Below are positions 58,467 to 64,000 of a stretch of DNA of 64,000 bases, one piece after another (the stretch's first letter is position 1; every line of letters starts with the position of its first letter). The stretch covers positions 1-64,000 of the forward strand of contig NIVC01001804.1 in the NCBI GenBank assembly GCA_002269645.1, written 5' to 3'. The notes beneath the pieces are model-generated. The model was not told the DNA's origin. It made no database searches and worked only from the letters and a program-made list of their open reading frames with translations. Origin of the DNA: Macrostomum lignano. Lineage: Eukaryota. Both the position numbers and the translations under genes were made by a program.

Positions 58467-61400
58467 GGCCATGACTTTATATTCGTCAGAAATGCACACT
58501 ATCCAGCATTCATGGCTGTTCGATAGCAGCAGATCTAGGAAGGAAGATATAGAAGCGGCAGACAGAGGAGGGTGGAAGGTCTAGAAGCGGCAGACAGAGG
58601 AGGGTGGAAGGTCTAGAAGCGGCAGGCAGAGGAGGGTGGAAGGTCTAGAAGCGGCAGACAGAGGAGGGTGGAAGTTCTAGAAGCGGCAGATAGAGGAGGA
58701 TGGGAGGTCTAGAAGCGGCAGGCAGAGGAGGGTGGAAGTTCTAGAAGCGGCAGGCAGAGGAGGGCGGAAGTTCTAGAAGCGGCAGGCAGAGGAGGGCGGA
58801 AGTTCTAGAAGCGGCAGGCAGAGGAGGGCGGAAGGTCTAGAAGCGGCAGGCAGAGGAGGGTTGTAGGTCTAGAAGCGGCAGGCAGAGGAGAGGGTTGTAG
58901 GTCTAGAAGCGGCAGACAGAGGAGGGTGGAAGGTCTAGAAGCGGCAGGCAGAGGAGGGTGGTAGGTCTAGAAGCGGCAGACAGAGGAGGGTGGAAGGTCT
59001 AGAAGCGGCAGGCAGAGGAGGGTTGTAGGTCTAGAAGCGGCAGACAGAGGAGGGTGGTAGGTCTAGAAGCGGCAGGCAGAGGAGGGTTGTAGGTCTAGAA
59101 GCGGCAGACAGAGGAGGGTGGTAGGTCTAGAAGCGGCAGACAGAGGAGGGTGGAAGGTCTAGAAGCGGCAGGCAGAGGAGGGTGGTAGGTCTAGAAGCGG
59201 CAGACAGAGGAGTAGCTGGGGATAAAGTATCCATTGGAAAAATAACCCCAACCCCCCTCCCTCAAGATCGATACCAGTGTCTTGGAAGGCGCAATATTTT
59301 TAAAGCTCCGAGAGTGGGTCTGGCCGACTGGATAGAATAGAAGGACCTCCTAGTTTGCATTCCAGTAGTTTTTGCTGCAGCAGAGATACAGGACTTGCCC
59401 CCAAGGAGTTGGCAGGCGGAATGTTGTACAGTTGTGCTTTAATCTTCTTTCTGTGCTCATCCGGCTGTCTGCTCACCATCAGCAGCCTGTTCAGCGATCG
59501 CTGGATGCTGGTTGAAGTGGCTCTGAAGGAGACGGACTACTAGCACACACCCTAACAATTCCTATACAGTAGCAGAACAAACCTCCAGCTGACATTTTTA
59601 TGTATAAAGTGGATTCAGGTTTCAAGCTTACAGCCGATCTGAACACGGTATACTGTATACGATTTCTTATCTGACTTCTACCAGTAAGCAGTTGAGGTTG
59701 CTTGCTCTGTATTTCTGAATTAAATGCCTGAATATTTTATTTGCCAACATGTTGAGACACGTAGAATCAATGCTTAACCATGCATTATGAATTAATAAGC
59801 AACGTACATGTGAGCTGCCTTTTGATAGTGAAGTGCGAGCTTTGCCAAATACCGTAAAATTAGGCCTTGGGCACTGCAGTGTCAGTAGTTATTAATCAAA
59901 TCATTAATCGAATCTGTACCATGTCGTTCACAGCATCTGAGAATGAACCGGGGAGGCAGTTAACATAAACTTGTCTTAGGCTGTGGAGTATTTACTTTCA
60001 TGCTGTCTACTTTGAGTACAGCGCAAAGTAGATTAGCAGATTATTTCTACTTTTATTTTCTTACTTCCTTTTTGCGTTTTTATTCAACAATACGCTCTTG
60101 TTTGATTTCCTAAATGTCTTTGCTTTCATTAGAGTTTTATACTTGAGTAACGTCGGAACGAGAATGAATTCAGACAATAAATGAAACAATACTACAGCCA
60201 CAGTACTGTTACCTGCAAAAACCTGCTAAGGCAAGTTGGTCATCTATCTATCTTCCATCCGGAATGCTCCCATACTCAAGTCCGCCTTTCTATCTGTTTC
60301 ATAGAAAGTCTCGTCCCACATTTGGCTCATGGAAGTCTGTTTTGTCAGGCAGTTCTATAGTTCTATGTCAGGCATATAAAGGCCATGACTTTATATTCGT
60401 CAGAAATGCACACTATCCAGCATTCATGGCTGTTCGATAGCAGCAGATCTAGGAAGGAAGATATAGAAGCGGCAGACAGAGGAGGGTGGAAGGTCTAGAA
60501 GCGGCAGGCAGAGGAGGGTGGAAGGTCTAGAAGCGGCAGACAGAGGAGGGTGGAAGTTCTAGAAGCGGCAGATAGAGGAGGATGGGAGGTCTAGAAGCGG
60601 CAGGCAGAGGAGGGTGGAAGTTCTAGAAGCGGCAGGCAGAGGAGGGCGGAAGTTCTAGAAGCGGCAGGCAGAGGAGGGCGGAAGTTCTAGAAGCGGCAGG
60701 CAGAGGAGGGCGGAAGGTCTAGAAGCGGCAGGCAGAGGAGGGTTGTAGGTCTAGAAGCGGCAGGCAGAGGAGAGGGTTGTAGGTCTAGAAGCGGCAGACA
60801 GAGGAGGGTGGAAGGTCTAGAAGCGGCAGGCAGAGGAGGGTGGTAGGTCTAGAAGCGGCAGACAGAGGAGGGTGGAAGGTCTAGAAGCGGCAGGCAGAGG
60901 AGGGTTGTAGGTCTAGAAGCGGCAGACAGAGGAGGGTGGTAGGTCTAGAAGCGGCAGGCAGAGGAGGGTTGTAGGTCTAGAAGCGGCAGACAGAGGAGGG
61001 TGGTAGGTCTAGAAGCGGCAGACAGAGGAGGGTGGAAGGTCTAGAAGCGGCAGGCAGAGGAGGGTGGTAGGTCTAGAAGCGGCAGACAGAGGAGTAGCTG
61101 GGGATAAAGTATCCATTGGAAAAATAACCCCAACCCCCCTCCCTCAAGATCGATACCAGTGTCTTGGAAGGCGCAATATTTTTAAAGCTCCGAGAGTGGG
61201 TCTGGCCGACTGGATAGAATAGAAGGACCTCCTAGTTTGCATTCCAGTAGTTTTTGCTGCAGCAGAGATACAGGACTTGCCCCCAAGGAGTTGGCAGGCG
61301 GAATGTTGTACAGTTGTGCTTTAATCTTCTTTCTGTGCTCATCCGGCTGTCTGCTCACCATCAGCAGCCTGTTCAGCGATCGCTGGATGCTGGTTGAAGT

Positions 61401-62238
61401 GGCTCTGAAGGAGACGGACTACTAGCACACACCCTAACAATTCCTATACAGTAGCAGAACAAACCTCCAGCTGACATTTTTATGTATAAAGTGGATTCAG
61501 GTTTCAAGCTTACAGCCGATCTGAACACGGTATACTGTATACGATTTCTTATCTGACTTCTACCAGTAAGCAGTTGAGGTTGCTTGCTCTGTATTTCTGA
61601 ATTAAATGCCTGAATATTTTATTTGCCAACATGTTGAGACACGTAGAATCAATGCTTAACCATGCATTATGAATTAATAAGCAACGTACATGTGAGCTGC
61701 CTTTTGATAGTGAAGTGCGAGCTTTGCCAAATACCGTAAAATTAGGCCTTGGGCACTGCAGTGTCAGTAGTTATTAATCAAATCATTAATCGAATCTGTA
61801 CCATGTCGTTCACAGCATCTGAGAATGAACCGGGGAGGCAGTTAACATAAACTTGTCTTAGGCTGTGGAGTATTTACTTTCATGCTGTCTACTTTGAGTA
61901 CAGCGCAAAGTAGATTAGCAGATTATTTCTACTTTTATTTTCTTACTTCCTTTTTGCGTTTTTATTCAACAATACGCTCTTGTTTGATTTCCTAAATGTC
62001 TTTGCTTTCATTAGAGTTTTATACTTGAGTAACGTCGGAACGAGAATGAATTCAGACAATAAATGAAACAATACTACAGCCACAGTACTGTTACCTGCAA
62101 AAACCTGCTAAGGCAAGTTGGTCATCTATCTATCTTCCATCCGGAATGCTCCCATACTCAAGTCCGCCTTTCTATCTGTTTCATAGAAAGTCTCGTCCCA
62201 CATTTGGCTCATGGAAGTCTGTTTTGTCAGGCAGTTCT
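58467..62238. repeat. Near-identical ~1.9-kb tandem duplication (58467-60356 and 60381-62238), each copy starting with a 32-bp minisatellite
   Basis: Offset is 1914 at the start and 1882 after the array (one 32-bp unit tctagaagcggcagacagaggagggtggaagg fewer in copy 2). Identical ORFs at 59355 and 61237; 24-nt junction filler at 60357-60380. Confidence 0.92.
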
Positions 62239-62339
62239 TTACGTTTGGTAGCAAATACTCGTTACATGCAGCTCGTGTTTCGTTTAAATGTACTCATATA
62301 TACGATGTGAGCAGTCCTGCTCATCGGCTCACTTTTCCC

Positions 62340-62600
62340 TGTAATTTTTGTCTCCGTCTCTCGTATGCATCTCAGGCGTACTGTAGCTATTGCCAACTGC
62401 TCATCAAGGAGTGACCAAGCAGAAAGCAATCTAATTTTGTCTGGATGAGCAGTATTTCAGTGGCGACAGAACTCAAACAAAATACTGGTTTATTATTTAA
62501 AAGCTTTTGATTAACTACTTTAGTTTAGAAGAATTAGTCACAGGGTTATAAACTTTACACGGAAACGAAAAATATCATAAAAATAAAATGAAACGATAAT
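62340..62600 (+). repeat. Interspersed repeat related to 41580-41840
   Basis: ctgctcatcaaggagtgaccaagca...tttcagtggcgac followed by an AT-rich tract. Confidence 0.4.
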
Positions 62601-62859
62601 TGAGTACTTGAAGGTTAAGCAGATTGACTTGAGTAGACATCAGAGTCAAATAACCATTAGTCATATTCAGAAGGTAACACGATCGGTGTTTGAACAGCAG
62701 AAAAGTGTCCACATTTATCAATCAAGCTGCCAATACGAGTATATCAAATATTCCATCATTAAAGACAGCTCCGTGACATCGCCGCTACCTGAAGAAACTC
62801 ACAGCGGCTTCAAAGGCTAGTCGAAGAACTTCTTGTCTTCGTACCTGAAAAAAGAAGTG

Positions 62860-63167
62860 CAGAGTATAAACTCAGAGTGTGGATTTCAAATTGCAGAGTG
62901 TAAACTCGGAGTGTGGATTTCAAATTGCAGAGTATAAACTCAGAGTGTGGATTTCAAATTGCAGAGTATAAACTCAGAGTGTGGATTTCAAATTGCAGAG
63001 TGTAAACTCAGAGTGTGGATTTCAAATTGCAGAGTGTAAACTCGGAGTGTGGATTTCAAATTGCAGAGTATAAACTCAGAGTGTGGATTTCAAATTGCAG
63101 AGTATAAACTCAGAGTGTGGATTTCAAATTGCAGAGTGTAAACTCAGAGTGTGGATTTCAAATTGCA
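62860..63167. repeat. 34-bp minisatellite (~9 copies)
   Basis: Unit gcagagtataaactcagagtgtggatttcaaatt. Confidence 0.9.
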
Positions 63168-63323
63168 CTATAGTTCTTACTGCCCATTTATACTACAAAA
63201 ATTAAAAAATTCCACTCAGAGCAACTGCAGTCAGCTGCTCAAAATTCAATGATGAGCAATAATGCTTTTCAGCGATTTCGAGCATAGGTCAGAGAGATAT
63301 TCTCAGTTGCCATGGAAACTCAC

Positions 63324-63945
63324 CCACGCAGCAGCTCAGCCAGCTCGCTGTTTTCCGTCTGTGTGGCCAAATCCAGCGCAGTCATGCCGTCTCTGTCCTT
63401 CAGGCTCCAATCCGCCCCTGAGTCCAGCAGAACCCGACCGACTGCGGCGGTGGTGGCGGGGGGCGCAAAGATGGCTGCCAGCATGAGGGGAGTCAATTCA
63501 CAGTATCCTCGATCGTTCCTGGCGTTGGCGGAGGCTCCGGCAGCCAGCAGAGCGGAGGCTGCGGCAGAATTGCCACCGAAGCCTGCCCAGTGCAGGCAAC
63601 TATCAGACCTTGAATCCACACAGGTGGGGTCACCCAGCTGCACCAGCTGCTTCCACAGAGCCTCATCACTACACGAGCTGTTCAGAGCTGCCCACATCAA
63701 CGCGTTGAGACCACATCTGTCAGGCAGATCGCAGCTGCCGCGGGTCGCCGCTCGCCGCAGCCCCGCCAAGTCACCCGCCTCGGCCAGCCGCTGCAGTTCC
63801 TTTCGATCCGCTTCCTCCTGCAAAGGTGAGCGGGAAATTTGAGCACAGCTGCTCAGCTGCAGCCGCATCGGCACCGCAGATGCCGCTCACCTGGACTGTC
63901 AGGCCGGATAATGAGGCATTTTTTCCCACAACCAGCCGCATCTCC
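63324..63945 (-). CDS. Ankyrin-repeat protein, paralogue B (3' exons; 5' part lies beyond the right edge)
   Basis: Exons 63945-63891 (EMRLVVGKNASLSGLTVQ) and 63817-63324 (EEADRKELQRL...DRCGLNALMWAA...SCLHWAG...LTPLMLAA...DGMTALDLA...ELLRG), with the same intron positions as paralogue A. Confidence 0.8.
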
Positions 63946-64000
63946 CTGTAACAGTAAAAATGAGCAGCGAATTCGCAATTTTCCATATCAGACAACTACG

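Noticed and set aside
59355-59543. Hydrophobic 62-aa ORF resembling a claudin-like first TM segment (copy at 61237)
   Set aside because: It ends in a stop with no good donor or downstream exons; the similarity is only compositional.
48817-63945. Exactly 15,000-bp offset between the ankyrin paralogue exons
   Set aside because: The intervening sequences are not collinear repeats and the offset changes downstream, so it is treated as coincidence.

Overview
Eukaryotic, intron-rich and minisatellite-laden DNA. It is most consistent with a free-living flatworm such as Macrostomum lignano (inferred from repeat-filled introns and the Mab-21 gene style; not verified). By hand-splicing GT-AG exons with consistent phases I can support these genes: (1) the first coding exon of a RasGRF orthologue (minus strand, runs off the left edge); (2) a complete 11-exon KNL1/Spc105-like kinetochore gene (minus, 9382-19428, ~1150 aa, SILK + RVSF + MEIT motifs); (3) a divergent 10-exon transmembrane semaphorin (plus, 22468-39371, ~811 aa) arranged head-to-head with KNL1. 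A putative innate-immunity cluster occupies ~40-64 kb. It contains a frameshifted small secreted protein, a caspase whose catalytic QACRG reads QAGRG, two paralogous ankyrin genes, and an 18-repeat ankyrin array that splices in phase onto a Mab-21/cGAS-like nucleotidyltransferase. Mobile DNA comprises a tRNA-CORE SINE, a Gypsy gag remnant with PBS, a Helitron-like element, a Crypton tyrosine-recombinase fragment and a 1.9-kb tandem duplication with a templated junction. Most long ORFs in the supplied track are minisatellite artefacts. All exon boundaries are manual predictions without transcript evidence.
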